The notes: generated by a model from the sequence alone, not told the origin. Shown: positions 1-16,425, counted from the stretch's first letter. The stretch: DNA of 64,000 nucleotides from the human T2T-CHM13v2.0 reference genome, Homo sapiens (GCA_009914755.4 CP068257.2:8032001-8096000), one strand, 5' to 3'. Program-made: numbers and translations.

Positions 1-284
<284 letters not shown>

Positions 285-689
285 GCTTTTTGACATATTT
301 CAAGATGGCTACTCGGAAGACTGGAGATAGCTTCTTCTACAAGAATAGCTGAAAAGCTGTGTTTGTTGGGGGAGATTTGCATTTGTAGAGAAAATCTGCA
401 TTGATATAGACAGGCTTTCCCTGAGTTATTCCCTTGTCTGGGTTTAGGAAAGATTAACTGAGCCTGGCACGTTTACATTTCTAAAAACCATTTCCTATCT
501 ATACTTCCCAAGAGGAGGGCTGCTCCCCGTGATGTTTCATCCATGTAACAAGACCACCTCTGCTGTCAGGCTCCTCTTTCTTCCTTGTCATCACCTGTCT
601 TCCGCAAAGCCTGGTTTACCAACCTACAGCTCTGTGTTTTCTGTAACCTCAAGACAGCATAGGCGTGTTGACTACCTTGCCTTTCCTGG

Positions 690-775
690 AGTTTTTATAT
701 ATATAGCATATATTTGTATATCTATTTATAATATACAAATATTTGTATAGATATATTTATATATATATTACGTAA
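690..775. repeat. AT-rich minisatellite with a ~30-bp unit (tatatttataatatacaaatatttgtatata). Its paralog at 62283-62390 is longer.
   Basis: Tandem reiteration visible in the sequence. Copy number differs between the two duplicons. Confidence 0.7.
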
Positions 776-2264
776 ACTCCAAGTGCCTACTTGCGCACAT
801 ATCTGTAAACCTTTTTTTCCTGTTAATTTGTACATTATCAGTTTGTTTTATAGACTGAAATAATTAAAGCTTCAAGGGAAAAATTTAAACTTTCCTATAG
901 AGAAAAGACAAATATATAGGTGACAAATAATATTTAGAGTGTAAGACGCTTTTTAAAGGTGTATTTGCAATTTGTGTCATAACATTTAAATATACATTTA
1001 TTATTTTAACTATAAAATTTCAAATAATTTAAGCCAAATACATAGTATATGCAGAAAATTTAGCAATATATCTATGTAGCACCTTACTGTGCATTACTGT
1101 AACCAGCTGTCTAATATAAAGAATTAATTAAGGTAGCAGCTACTTTTCAAATAGCGCATTTTTTTCACAGACATATAAATAAGACAAATAACATTAAACT
1201 TTATTTTTAAATTTGCAGAATAGTGGTTTTCAGCAGATGGTTTATTTTAGCAAATTCCATCTTCACATTGTGCTATGCTTTTAAGAGTTCCCGCTGTTAA
1301 CGGATAATATTTTACTGCTGAAACTATCATGTTGTGATATAATTGCTCATTATGGGCCTTAAAACACAAGCAATATAATTATTTTCAACTTGGAGCAAAT
1401 TAAAATCTCATCGCAATTTAAAAACTCTAGAGTCTTCTTCTTCTGGTTATTTTAAACTTGTATTTTTCTCTTTATGTTTTTAGTGAGTTGTCTTATCAAG
1501 GAGAAGAACTCCAGCTGATTATTCTTTTTTTTCTCTTCCATCCACCTCGCAGGTGTGTTAATAATTTCATTTCTCAGAAAATGTTCTTTCATATCCATCT
1601 TACAAGATGAGAGACCTTTTAACATCTTCCATTCGGATGTGATACGAGTAATGGAAAATATTCCAGCTTCATGAATATGGTGATACAAATAGTTATCCGT
1701 CTAACCTCTTTCAGTGCCAAATGTTTACTTGACTCAGTGAATTACTCAGTTGACTGGTAATTTCTTCTGAAATCACTAATGAGAGGATCAGAGGTCTGGC
1801 TGTTGTCTGTACCTCATGTGACTCCCAGTGCAGACAATTGTTTCTATGGAGCACAGACAGTTGAAAGGATTGACTTCCTGCCTAGAATAGTTTCTGCTGT
1901 GCTTCTTATCCTTCTTGTGGAGATTTCAGATTGTCTGAATTGCTTTTCTTTCTTAAGAAAAAACGCAACAATTCTCCCACCTGAGAGGAATGTAAACTGT
2001 AGAAAGTTAGCAGAACCAATCCGTAAAGCTTTTACATTGTTTTTTGCAAAATGCAGCGCTGGTGTCTCCATCACTAACCTTTTCTATCCCTCGTTGCTCT
2101 TTCTATGACTGCAATAGGATACCTTTAGGCAAATCTGTATTCCCGAGACAGAGTGCCCTTTTGGTGAGCTATAAGCACACTCAATGGTAGGCTGAAATAC
2201 TAGCTTTTATCTATGGCGAAATGGAATCATATCAGTGATTTTTTTTAAAAAGGAAATTTAACTC

Positions 2265-2560
2265 TTGCTATGGTTTGAATGCTTGCCCCTTCCAATCTCA
2301 TGTTAAAATTTGATCCCCAATGTCGCAGGTGGGGCTTACTGGGAGGTGTTTGGTCATGGGGTTGGACCTTCATGAATGGATAATACCCTCCCTTAGAAAT
2401 CTAAAGTTATCTTCCCTCCTCGGTGCCCTCAGGAATGAGTGTACCATTCTTTATTCACCTATAATTCCCCCACCCATCCTTTTTGAGATGTTAATTACAT
2501 GTATGTTACACTGCTGCATATTGTCTGATGTATCAGTGAGTTTCTGGCTTTCTTATTTTA
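2265..2560 (+). mobile_element. MaLR LTR fragment (MST/MLT-like).
   Basis: Opens with tatggtttgaatgcttgccccttccaatctcatgttaaaatttgatccccaatgtcgcaggtggggcttactgggaggtgtttggtcatgggg. This resembles the characteristic 5' end of MST/MLT MaLR LTRs. Confidence 0.55.
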
Positions 2561-4981
2561 GTTTACCCTTTGTCCTTTAGTTTGTAAAGCTTCTATTTTT
2601 TTTCTATAAATTTTCTGATGTTAGGGTAAAATCCATTACTTATTCCATCTCATGGAATTTTTATTTCAAATATTTATTTTTCATCTATACGTGTCACATT
2701 TTTCATTTTATAACTTCTATTTTTCTCCTATGTTCAATTTTCATTTAAGTACATTGACATATATATGTATTTATCTGTATGTATTCATAAAATATATTTA
2801 CTTTAAGGACCTTGAAATTTCCTTCTTTTCTGTCATTTATAAATGACTTATTTTTATCCTGTTAATATATATCTTAATTATATATATCTTACGGCTTCTT
2901 TGCATGTCAGAGTTTTTTTTTGGGGGGGGTATTTTGATGTTATGCTATTGAATATCTAGATTTTATTGGCTACCTTTGAACAATGTTGTGGCAGGCAGTT
3001 CAGTAACTTCAGGATGAGTATTTGTCTGTTGTTGTTTTAAATCTTCTCTTTAAACTTTGTGGAGTTAGTCTAGAGCCATCTGTAACTTGGAGCTAAATGA
3101 GCACTGTCACTAGGGTATGAACCTCCAGTGGTCTTTACTGAATATCCTGGAGGTGCAGAGGGGATTCCCTTCTCTGGCTGGTCAGAGCTAACGTGTCTTC
3201 CTGTCATGTGATTCCAGAGAAGTGTTCTTCTTCCAACTCCCTGGTAGTGTCCTTTGCTGAGCTCCTTAGAATTTCATCCTATGTACATTTGGCTTAGGGA
3301 CTTGAGAGAATCCTTAGGCTGATTCTTGGTTCCTTTTTCTGTAAACGTTCTCTTCTACTACACATTCCAGCTGCTTAACCTTTTTTGATTTTTATCTGGT
3401 TCCTCAGTGCAATGACAACGTCTGCTCTCTCTGTGATTCCTCTCTACTGCTGTCACGGAGAATCTGGGAATAAAGCAGGACTCATTCTGGCTCCTTCTCT
3501 TCTCTTGCTGAGCACAGTCCTGTGCTGCCTGATGTTCAGTACTTCAAAAAAATGTTTCATATATTTTGTTCAGTTTACTATTCTTTAACTCTAAAAGAGT
3601 AACTCCAGTTCCAGTTACAGCATCATGTTCTGTAACTCTACTCCTTGTTGCTTCATTCTGCCATTGTCTGGTATGATCGCCCCTTTCCCTTCTGTAATCA
3701 GGCCAAGAGCATAATATAATACTAGTTATAACTGCACAGGTTGCCTCCGTTGTGTAAAAAAATCACTGAGACTTAACTGTGTCCAACTTTTAAAATGTGA
3801 ATATAAGTACAACTAAAGCTATATTTTGGTTAATATTTGCATTGCATGCTTTTCCATTATTTACTTTCAACATATGTGAAATATGAATATAAATTATAAA
3901 AACTTTAAGAGAGTCCATTTAAAAAATCTGGTCTGGTTATGTTTTACCTGGTTTAATACAACGTTCATTCTTGAATTCAGGGTCTAATATAATTGGTACA
4001 TTTGTCTATTTGCAAAAAAAAAAAACCTTGACAATATTTTAAAATTAATTTATCCAACTCACAACTTATATGCTTCTGCCGTTGTATGGAAGATACATTT
4101 TAAACTTTATGTGATAGCATCCTGTTATACAGTCGATATCCAATTAAATTTCTCTCTATGTTTATTTCTTTCATTAAAAAATTGTTCTTCTAACTGCAAA
4201 CTTTCATCAGGGATCATGGCTCTTCTATCTGAAGAATAATCTTCAGTATTTCTTTTCCTGTGGGACTGCTTGGGAGAAATTCTTTATTGTATCTTTGCTT
4301 TTGATGGATATGTCCACCAAATAGACAGTTCTAGGTCAGCACTTATTTTATTTCAGGACTTGAAAGATATCAATACCTCACTTGTTGGCTTTCGTTGTTT
4401 CATTTGAGAAAGTTGTTATCAGTCAACTCTTTCTCTTTGTAGTTACCCCAATTTTTTTATCAAGTGCTCTTTACATTTTTCTTTTACTTTTCAGAAATTG
4501 TACCATTATGTTTCTAGATGTGTCCTCTGTGTGTGTTTTCCTTTGCTTTGAAAAGCCTCCTGAACCTGTGGTTTAATATTATTGGTCAATTTTGATAAAA
4601 CCTCTAACATTGTCACTTAAAATGTTGTTCAGAGAAGCTGTTTTCTCCTTCTTAGATTTCAACGTGTTAGATTATTACTCTATCCTTCTTATTTTTTAAA
4701 TGACCTTACTCTACAATTTTTTTAGTTGGTTAATCTGTATTAGTGTATATTTTGTTATTTTATTCTATTTTATTTTATTATTATACCTTAAGTTTTAGGA
4801 TACATGTGCACCATGTGCAGGTTTGTAACATAAGTGTTCATGTGCCATGTTGGTGTGCTGCACTCATTAACTCGTCATTTAGCATTAGTTATATCTCTTA
4901 ATGCTATCCCTCCCCACTCCCCCCACCCCACAACAGTCCCTGGTGTGTGATGTTCCCCTTCCTGTGTCCATGTGTTCTCAT

Positions 4982-8803
<3,822 letters not shown>

Positions 8804-8866
8804 TATGATGTTAGCTGGTTATTTTGCTTGTTAGTTGATGCAGTTTCTTCCTAGTCTCGATGGTCT

Positions 8867-9883
8867 TCACAATTTGGCATGTTTTTGCAGTGGCTGGTAC
8901 CAGTTGTCCTTTTCCATGTTTAGTGCTTCCTTCAGGAGCACTTTTAGGGCAGGCCTGGTGGTGATAAAATCTCTCAGCATTTGCTTGTCTGTAAAGTATT
9001 TTATTTCTCCTTCACTTATGAAGCTTAGTTTGGCTGGATATGAAATTCTGGGTTGAAAATTCTTTTCTTTAAGAATGTTGAATATTGGCCCCCAATCTCT
9101 TCTGGCTTGAAGAATTTCTGCCGAGAGATCAGCTGTTAGTCTGATGGGCTTCCCTTTGTGGGTAACCCGACCTTTCTCTCTGGCTGCCCTTAACATTTTT
9201 TCCTTCATTTCAACTTTGGTGAATTTGACAATTATGTGTCTTGGAGTTTCTCTTATTGAGGAGTATCTTTGTGGCGTTCTCTGTGTTTCCTGAATCTGAA
9301 TGTTGGCCTGCCTTGCTAGATTGGGGAAGTCCTCCTGGATAATATCTTGCAGAGTGTTTTCCAACTTAGTTCCATTCTCCCCATCACTTTCAGGTACACC
9401 AATCAGACGTAGGTTTCATCTTTTCACATAGTCCCATATTTCTTGGAGGCTTTGTTCGTTTCTTTTTATTCTTTTTTCTCTAAACTTCCCTTCTCCCTTC
9501 ATTTAATTCATTTCATCTTCCATCACTGATACTCTTTCTTCCAGTTGATTGCATCGGCTCCTGAGGCTTCTGCCTTCTTCACGTAGTTCTCGAAACTTGG
9601 CTTTCAGCTCCATCAGATACTTTAAGCATTTCTCTGCATTGATTATTCCAGTTATACATTCGTCTAATTGTTTTTCAAAGTTTTTAACTTCTTTGCTATT
9701 GGTTTGAATTTCCTCCTGTAGCTTGCAGTAGTTTGATCATCTGAAGCCTCCTTCTCTCAAATCGTCAAAGTTATTCTCTGTCCAGTTTTATTCCATTGCT
9801 GTTGAGGAACTGCGTTCCTTTGGAGAAGGAGAGGCACTCTGCTTTTTAGAGTTTCCAGTTTTTCTGCTCTGTTTTCTCCCCAT
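8867..9883 (-). pseudogene. L1 ORF1, interrupted by in-frame stops. The ATG is at 9883-9881. Only the C-terminal 165 codons remain open (8867-9364).
   Basis: The reverse complement reads ...acaaagATGGGGAgAAAACAGAgCAGAAAAACTGGAAACTCTAAAAaGCAGAG..., matching the ORF1p N-terminus. The C-terminal translation matches ORF1p. Confidence 0.85.
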
Positions 9884-10908
9884 CTTTGTGGTTTTATCAA
9901 CTTTTGGTCTTTGATGATGGTGATGTACAGATGGGTTTTTGGTGTGGGTGTTCTGTTTGTTAGTTTTCCTTCTAACAGACAGGACCCTCAGCTGCAGGTC
10001 TGTTGGAGTTTGCTAGAGGTCCACGCCGGACCCTGTTTGCCTGGGTATCAGCAGCAGTGGCTGCAGAACAGCGGATTTTCGTGAACAACAAATTCAGCTG
10101 TCTGATCATTCCTCTGGAAGTTTGGTCTCAGAGGACTACCCGGTCGAGTGAGGTGTCAGTCTGTCCCTACAGGGGAGTGCCTCCCAGTTAGGCTGCTCGG
10201 GGTTCAGTGACCCACTTTAGGAGGCAGTCTGCCCAGTCTCAGATCTCCAGTTGCGTGTTGGGAGAACCACTACTCTCTTCAAAGCTGTCAGATAGGGACA
10301 TTTAATCTGCAGAGGTTACTGCTGACTTTTTGTTTGTCTGTGCCCTGCCCCCAGAGGTGGAGCCTACAGAGGCAGACAGGCCTCCTGGAGCTGTGGTGGG
10401 CTCCACCCAGTTCCAGCTGCCTGGCTGCTTTGTTTACCTAAGAAAGCCTGGGCAATGGCGGGCCCCACTGCCCCAGCCTCGCTGCCGCCTTGCAGTTTGA
10501 TCTCAGAGTGCCATGCTAGCAATCAGCAAGTCTCCATTGGCATAAGACCCTCCAAGACAGGTGCAGGACACAATCTCCTGGTGTGCCGTTTTCCAAGCCT
10601 GTTGGAAAAGTGCAGTATTAGGGTGAGAGTGACCCGATTTTCCAGGTGCCATCTGTCACCCCTTTCTTTGACTAGGAAAGGGAACTCCCTGACCCCTTGT
10701 GCTTCCTGAGTGAGGCAATGCCTCGCCCAGCTTCGGCTCCCACACGGTGGGCTATACCCACTGTCCTGCACCCACTGTTTGGCACTCCCTTAGTGAGATG
10801 AACCTGGTACCTTAGATGGAAATGCAGAAATCACCCGTCTTCTGTGTCACTCACGCTGGGAGCTGTAGACCGGAGCTGTTCCTGTTCGGCCATCTTGGCT
10901 CCACCCCT

Positions 10909-11257
10909 CATTTCATTATTTCATCATTTCACTTCATTTCATCATTTCATTTCATCATTTCATACCATTTCTTCATTTCATCATTTCGTTTCATTTCACC
11001 ATTTCACTTCATCATTTCATTTCAGCATTTCATTTCATTTCCTCATTTCATTCCACCATTTCATTTCATCATTTCATTTCATCTCATCATTTCATTTCAT
11101 CATTTCATTTCAGCATTTCATTTCATCATTTCACCATTTCACTTTATCTCATCATTTCATTTCATTTCATCATTTTATCATTTCATTTCATTTCATCATT
11201 TCATTTCATCATTTCATTTCATTTCATGTCATCATTTCATCATTTCATTTCATTTCA
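10909..11257. repeat. Satellite-like tandem array with a 13-bp periodicity, approximately (CATTTCATTTCAT)n with CATCATTT variants. It lies directly against the L1 5' end.
   Basis: The periodicity is visible by eye. The same repeat, 3x longer, occurs at 38062-39167. Confidence 0.85.
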
Positions 11258-12167
11258 GTGATACATGTATTTAAGTACTAATGTGATGCCCAGGAGACAC
11301 CCTATTTCCCTTTGTAAAACACCTCCTTCAACAAAAGTCAACCTCTCATGGCTGGCTAAGTCTACAGGGATACCAGCCTCTCTTCAACCACCCAATTTGA
11401 TTCAGAACCTCAAACAGCACCTCAGTTTCATAAAAACCTAAAACATAAACACAACACTTGGTTGTAAGTGAGCCAACAGTTTCTTGTCTCTTTCTCCACT
11501 CAAGGCTTAAGGCCGTGTCTACCCAACTATGTTCAGTGGAAGAAAAGATCCCCTGGACGAATAAGTTTGAGAACTGTTTTTGCAGGACTTCTCAGAACCT
11601 TTAAAACACAAATAGTCATCCGCAGGGATCTTCAGGAGGGAGATGGCTGATGCACAACAAATTTCTTTCACAGGAGTATCTTACAGAATACAGTATGAGA
11701 CGCAGAAATGCTGCATTGAGTCTTTTTAAGGGCCCGGGCCTTTGTGGCATTGGGGTAGGAGCTGTCCAGATAGCATCTAATGAGTAGGAACATTCAGGTT
11801 GCTTTTTTTTTCCTTACTGGCAAAACTGTGTGTGCATCATGAATGAAGCCAGTCTCCCTTATCCATATCAAAACTAAACCCAAATTAATTGGCTAAATTG
11901 GCACTCAACATCTCCAGGAGCCATGCGGAAGAAAGCCCCACCACACTTTAAAGTAGCTTACCTCATATTTGATGAAAGCAAAACACTTATGACCAGTGTG
12001 CTGCTAATACAAGTCAACAGATAATGCTGTATGAAAAATTATTTTTCCCAATTATAGCTAGCATAGTCCACATTTTGCATTACACTTTCCCCCCTTTTTT
12101 AAAATTTTAAACACAGGTCCTTTTCTCTCCTTTTTTTAAATTTTAATTTAATTATACAAGACGGAGT

Positions 12168-12274
12168 CTCAGTATGTTGCCCAGGCTGGTCTTCAACTCC
12201 TGAGATCAAGCGATACATCCGTCTCCGCCTCCCAAAGTGCTGAGATTACAGGCCTGAGACACTGTGCCTGGCCT
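12168..12274 (-). mobile_element. Free Alu monomer (FLAM/FRAM-like), antisense.
   Basis: aagacggagtctcagtatgttgcccaggctggtcttcaactcctgagatcaagcgatacatccgtctccgcctcccaaagtgctgagattacaggcctgagacactgtgcctggcc matches the reverse complement of an Alu left monomer. Confidence 0.8.
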
Positions 12275-12951
12275 TAAACACAAATCTTAATTCATTCTTA
12301 CAATTATCCTGAGGTTAGAAAAATGGAAGGCGAAGAAAAATGGCAACATTATTTGGAAGGCTGACTTCGGCTACATTATTTGGAAGGACAGTTTGCTCGG
12401 TTAAAACACACTACTGCCCACAAAGGCCAAGACAACAGAAAAATACAGACATATAAATAGATTTTATATGTGACAGCAGTTTGAATGGAGACTTTTTCAA
12501 TGCAAATGACAAACAGCTGTCCTTGGGAATAAATGACAACGAATTTTTTTTATCTCAACAGCTGTCCTGAGAGCATGTCTCTACATCTCTACCTGCATTC
12601 TGGAATCAGGGAGAAAGCCAAAACGGACGACAAGACACTAGATCAGCTGTGTCCAACCCTTTGACTACAAGGACTTTTCCGCCTATCTGTGGTGGTGGGT
12701 ATCAGAAAATTATGCAAAAACCTTTTTTTTTTTAAGCTCATAAGCTATTGTTAGCAGTAGTGTATTTTATGTGTGGCCCAGGAGCATTCTTCTTCCAATG
12801 TGGCCCTGAAAAACCAAAAGACTGGACACCTGTGCACTAGATCAAAAGGCTACTCCTTCTGGAAGCAATTGTAAAGAATTTCTGACATTATCTTGACATG
12901 AAAACCAATGGATAGTGGGACAGAATGAAAAATCTTCAAGAATTTTTCTTG

Positions 12952-13223
12952 TTTTTTTTTTTTTTTTTTTTTTTTTGAGTCAAGGTGTTGCTCTGTGGCT
13001 CAGGCTGGAATACACTGGTGAGATCACAGATCAGTGCAGGCTCAAGTGCTCCTCCCGCCTCAGCCACAGTAGTAGCTAGGACTACAGATGTGCACAACCA
13101 CTCCTGGCTAAAATTTTATTTTTTGTAGACGTAGGATCTCACTATATTGTCCAGGTTGGTCTCAAACTCCTTGACTCAAGGGATCCAGGACAGGATAACA
13201 GGCATGAGTCACCACACCTGGCT
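12952..13223 (-). mobile_element. Alu SINE, antisense, with a 25-nt poly-T.
   Basis: Poly-T followed by gagtcaaggtgttgctctgtggctcaggctggaatacactggtg...ggcatgagtcaccacacctggct. Confidence 0.9.
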
Positions 13224-13739
13224 ATGTGCATGAACTTTTAAGACAAATACAAGGCTCCACAAAAGTTAAGGTTTTCCCACCTAATTTCCAGGGGATCTTT
13301 TGGTGCAAGGATGAGAAACCCTTAAAAGTACACAGACAACTCCAAAGATTCAAGAGAGTTCATTTGGGCTGAGCCAGCCCACTGGGCAGACTGACCTTCA
13401 AACAAGGCCCACCCATGACATACACCAGATGGCTCTCCAAGAATCTCTCCAGTTCTCAGGGTCGCTAAGGTACTGGACAGAGCTAGGAAAGCAAACCCAT
13501 TTGCTTCTTCCTGCACGAACCCCCTTGAGGTCAAGAACCCACAATCAGATGAGGATGGAGTAGCTCACCCTCAGTCAACAGTCCAGACTCAAGGTGGTAT
13601 AATGTCTTAACCAAGGGTGTGGGACTCCAGGTCTGAATCCCAACTCAGTTCTCCTTTGATAACCACACTTTGTTAATTTTCCTTAACAGGGGTTCCTGGC
13701 AAGTCATTTCTCCCTCAGGCCTTCGGTTTCCTCACCTAC

Positions 13740-14320
13740 AACATGAGAAGGCTGCACCAGATGGAAATTCAGGGCATAAGGGGACGTCCGCGCACAGCCC
13801 ACCCCGCCCACGGGCCCCTCGAGCCTCCATCACAGTTCCCAACACACACCCGCCCCACAAATCCTGCCCAAGGTGAGGGCTGGTCCCCGGTCCTCCGGCT
13901 GCTGCATCAGCGAGTGCAGGAGGGAGGAGAAGCCTCCAAGGGAGCGACGCGGGCTCAAGGATGCAACTCGGCCAGGAGTGAACTGGGGCCTCGAGGGAGA
14001 TGTCCAGTCCGGTGCTGGAGCCCAACCCTGGTCCCCGACCCCGTTACCTCCATGGTCCTTATCTTCTGCTGGGTGAGGTCCTTGGACACAGCGCACTTGG
14101 TGCGCAGCCCGCGCAGGCTGCCAACGGAGATGCGGATGAGCTTCTGGAGCTGCCCGCACTGCCGCAGCGCCTGGCTGGCCGCGACTCCTGCGCCTCCCTC
14201 CGCGATAGCCCTGTTACCCCCGCCACCGTCCTCCTTCCTCTCTCCCATCGGGGCCGAGCGCAGCGCTGCTCTATGCATGCTGCAGCGGCCCAGGAGCGGA
14301 GCCTAAGGCGTGGGTGTCTA
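13740..14320 (-). promoter_or_regulatory. CpG-island-like GC-rich block with a possible minus-strand first exon. The ATG is at ~14248 ([70 protein letters not shown]), followed by a GAG|gtaacg splice-donor-like site at ~14049.
   Basis: High CpG density (cgtccgcgcacagcccaccccgcccacgggcccctcgagcc...). An ATG-initiated open frame runs into a consensus-like donor on the minus strand. No homolog recognised. Confidence 0.3.
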
Positions 14321-14424
14321 GGCAAGGAACCCCCAAACCGGGAGAGCTGGACCAGGAGCGACCCTCGGCACTGCCTTAGCCAGGACGCCAGTAGATCTGG
14401 CAGCCGAATCTGCCGATCCCGCCC

Positions 14425-15110
14425 TCAGACCCGCGGCGGTAGGGGCAAAAAGCTGCGACGGCGGGGTTAAAAAGCCGCAGCGGTAAAAACCTGCGGCGGC
14501 GGGAGTAAAAAGCCGCGTCGACAAAAAGCCGTGGCGGCGGGGAAAAAGCCGCGGTGGTGGGGGCAAAAAGCCGCGGCGGCGGGGGCAAAAAACCACAAAA
14601 AGCCGCGGCGGCGGGCGCAAAAAGCCGCAACGGTGGGGGCAAAAATCCGGGGCGGTGGGGGAAAAAGCCGGGGCGACGGGGGCAAAAAGCTGCGGTGACG
14701 GGGGCAAAAAGCCGTAAAAAGCCGCAGCGTCGGGGGCAAAAAGCAGCAAAAAGCCTGGGCGGCGGGGGCAAGAAGCTGCGGCGGGAAAAACCTGGGGCGG
14801 CGGGGGCTAAAAGCCGTAAAAAGCCGCGGCGCCGGGGGCCAAAAGCCATAAAAAGCCGCGGCGGCGGTGGCAAAAAGCCGCGGCTGAAAAAGTCGCGGTG
14901 GCGGGGCCAAAAAGCCGCGGCGGCGAGGGGAGAAAGACGCAAAAAGCTTCAGCGGCAAAAAGCCGCGGCGGCGAGGGCAAAGAGCCCCAAAATGCCGCGG
15001 CGGCAGGGGCTAAATTCCGCGAGGCTGGGGGCAGAAAGACGTAAAAACCCGCAGCGGCGGCAGGAAAAATCCACGGCGGCAAAAAGCCGCGTCGGCGGGG
15101 GCAAAATAGT
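14425..15110. repeat. GC-rich 22-bp minisatellite (GGCAAAAAGCCGCGGCGGCGGG)n with about 31 units. It is CpG-dense and ends ...ggcgggggcaaaatagtggaaatgggg.
   Basis: The unit gcaaaaagccgcggcggcgggg reiterates with point variants (ctgcgg, ccgtgg, ccgggg). The unit contains no stop codon in any of the six frames. Confidence 0.9.
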
Positions 15111-15254
15111 GGAAATGGGGTAGAAGGCCAGCACAGCTTTGCATTCCTGGAGTGTGATGTGGAAGGAAAAGTGCAGAGGAAGACAAACAAAGATGTAAGT
15201 AGGCTTGACTCAGTGCAGCTAAGAGCCCAGATGTTATCTTGATGTTATCTATCA

Positions 15255-15382
15255 GCTAATTTTTTCTATTTTAGTAGAGAAGGGGTTTTACCACCTTGGC
15301 CAGGATGGTCTCGATCTCCTGACCTCATGATCCACGCACCTCAGCCTCCCAAAGTGGTGGGATTAGAGGCATGAGCCACAAA
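15255..15382 (-). mobile_element. Truncated Alu (right-arm half), antisense. It starts exactly at the end of duplicon A.
   Basis: gctaattttttctattttagtagagaaggggttttaccaccttggccaggatggtctcgatctcctgacctcatgatccacgcacctcagcctcccaaagtggtgggattagaggcatgagccaca. Confidence 0.85.
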
Positions 15383-16425
15383 GTGCTCAAAAAATCTATT
15401 AATTAAAAATGTGTATGTAGCCGTCTTTAATCTACCATGTCCATTAGCAGATAAATACTATAAGCAAAATAACAACAATGAAAGAAACATAGACTTAGAG
15501 TAGATACTCTGATTTATTTAATAAAAATTTGAAAATAGACCAAATTACTCTATGATAAAAAAAAATCAGTTACTATTGAGGATGAGGGTTAGTGTTTGGA
15601 AAGGGGCAGAAGTATCTCTATTTTTAGTAATGTTCTATTTTCATACATGGTTATAAGCAAATACATGTGTTTCATTAATGAAGCTATCCATATTTAATCA
15701 TTGTACTTTTCTGCATGTATGATATATGTCAATAAATGTCTTAAATTATATACAGCAAAAATAGACAAAAGCACAAGAAGACATACACAAATGTTAAACC
15801 TAGAGAGAAATTTGAATATAAGTAAGTCTCTGAATGACTGGTAGAACAAACCGAAAAATAGGATGGAGAGGTTTGGAACAGCATGATTAGCAAAATTGAC
15901 ATATCTGTCTTTTAATATAGGTAGAAACATAGATAAAAACAGGATTTGTCTCGGAGCATGATTTCTGAAAATAGTGGAATCGAGTTTGAATCTAGTAAGT
16001 ACATATAAATAAATGTCTTAAAACTCCTCTTATGTTAGCTAATTAAGAAATATTATTGTAATAGACATTAGAAAATATTTTAATAAATTGAATGCATTTC
16101 ACATGCTAAGAAAATGATCTTACTTGCATTTGATAGTTCAATTAGATACATATATACCTATAGGTAGTTTAAAATATTTCTAATAACCTTATATACTTTT
16201 AAAAAAGCATTGATATCTGTTTGCACTATCTGGTCTATAGAGTACACATACCAAACATGATTATAGCTCTTCTGCTATAAACTTCAAATGTCTAATTAAT
16301 ACAAAAATCTAGAATGAGAAGAGTTCTTTGCAATTTTTTTTTTTTACGAAATAGAATATAGGAAAGATAGCTGCAAATATACCTGACACACTTATCTGTG
16401 AGTATGGTGGTAGCCTTTTTATTTT

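Larger units (their letters stand above)
10909..15240 (+). repeat. Segmental duplication, paralog A (satellite, unique sequence, FLAM, Alu, CpG-rich block, 22-bp VNTR). It is paralogous to 38062-42493.
   Basis: About 94% identity by eye. For example, 11270-11510 vs 39170-39410 shows about 15 mismatches in 240 bp. The same TE order appears in both copies. Confidence 0.9.

Noticed and set aside
1779-2108. 109-aa plus-strand ORF (MRGSEVWLLSVPHVTPSADNCFY...) and 78-aa minus-strand ORF (1452-1688), both also intact in the paralog (63398-63727 and 63068-63307).
   Set aside because: Preservation of short ORFs is expected between copies that are ~95% identical. They have no recognisable domain and their composition is not protein-like. 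The only other evidence is the unverified splice-like signals at ~1550/1757 noted in the findings. Not called as CDS.
10816-11281. ORFs of 145-254 aa rich in S/F/H/I (SFHFISSFHF...) at 10816-11281 and 38052-39183.
   Set aside because: They are translations of the CATTTCATTTCAT satellite array, which is stop-free by composition.
13743-14470. Plus-strand ORFs of 156-187 aa across the CpG-rich block.
   Set aside because: High GC suppresses stop codons. The products are P/R/A-rich with no domain. Only the minus-strand ATG-plus-donor configuration was retained, and only as a low-confidence candidate.
10909-15110. Possibility of a CRISPR array or another prokaryotic defence or novel system, as the prompt suggests.
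   Set aside because: The window is primate nuclear DNA (Alu, L1PA, THE1, HSATIII). The tandem arrays are satellites and minisatellites with no unique spacers, no cas-like ORFs and no prokaryotic gene organisation. The six-frame ORFs are TE remnants or repeat artefacts.
14318-15190. Multiple overlapping 120-190-aa ORFs on both strands (for example 14376-14942 on the minus strand and 14554-15123 on the plus strand), and the equivalent set at 41652-42435.
   Set aside because: They lie entirely within the 22-bp GC minisatellite, whose unit has no stop codon in any frame. The 'proteins' are 22-residue periodic low-complexity strings (GAKSRGGGGKKPQKAAAA... and FLPPPPRLFAPAAAAF...). They are artefacts of repeat composition, not genes.
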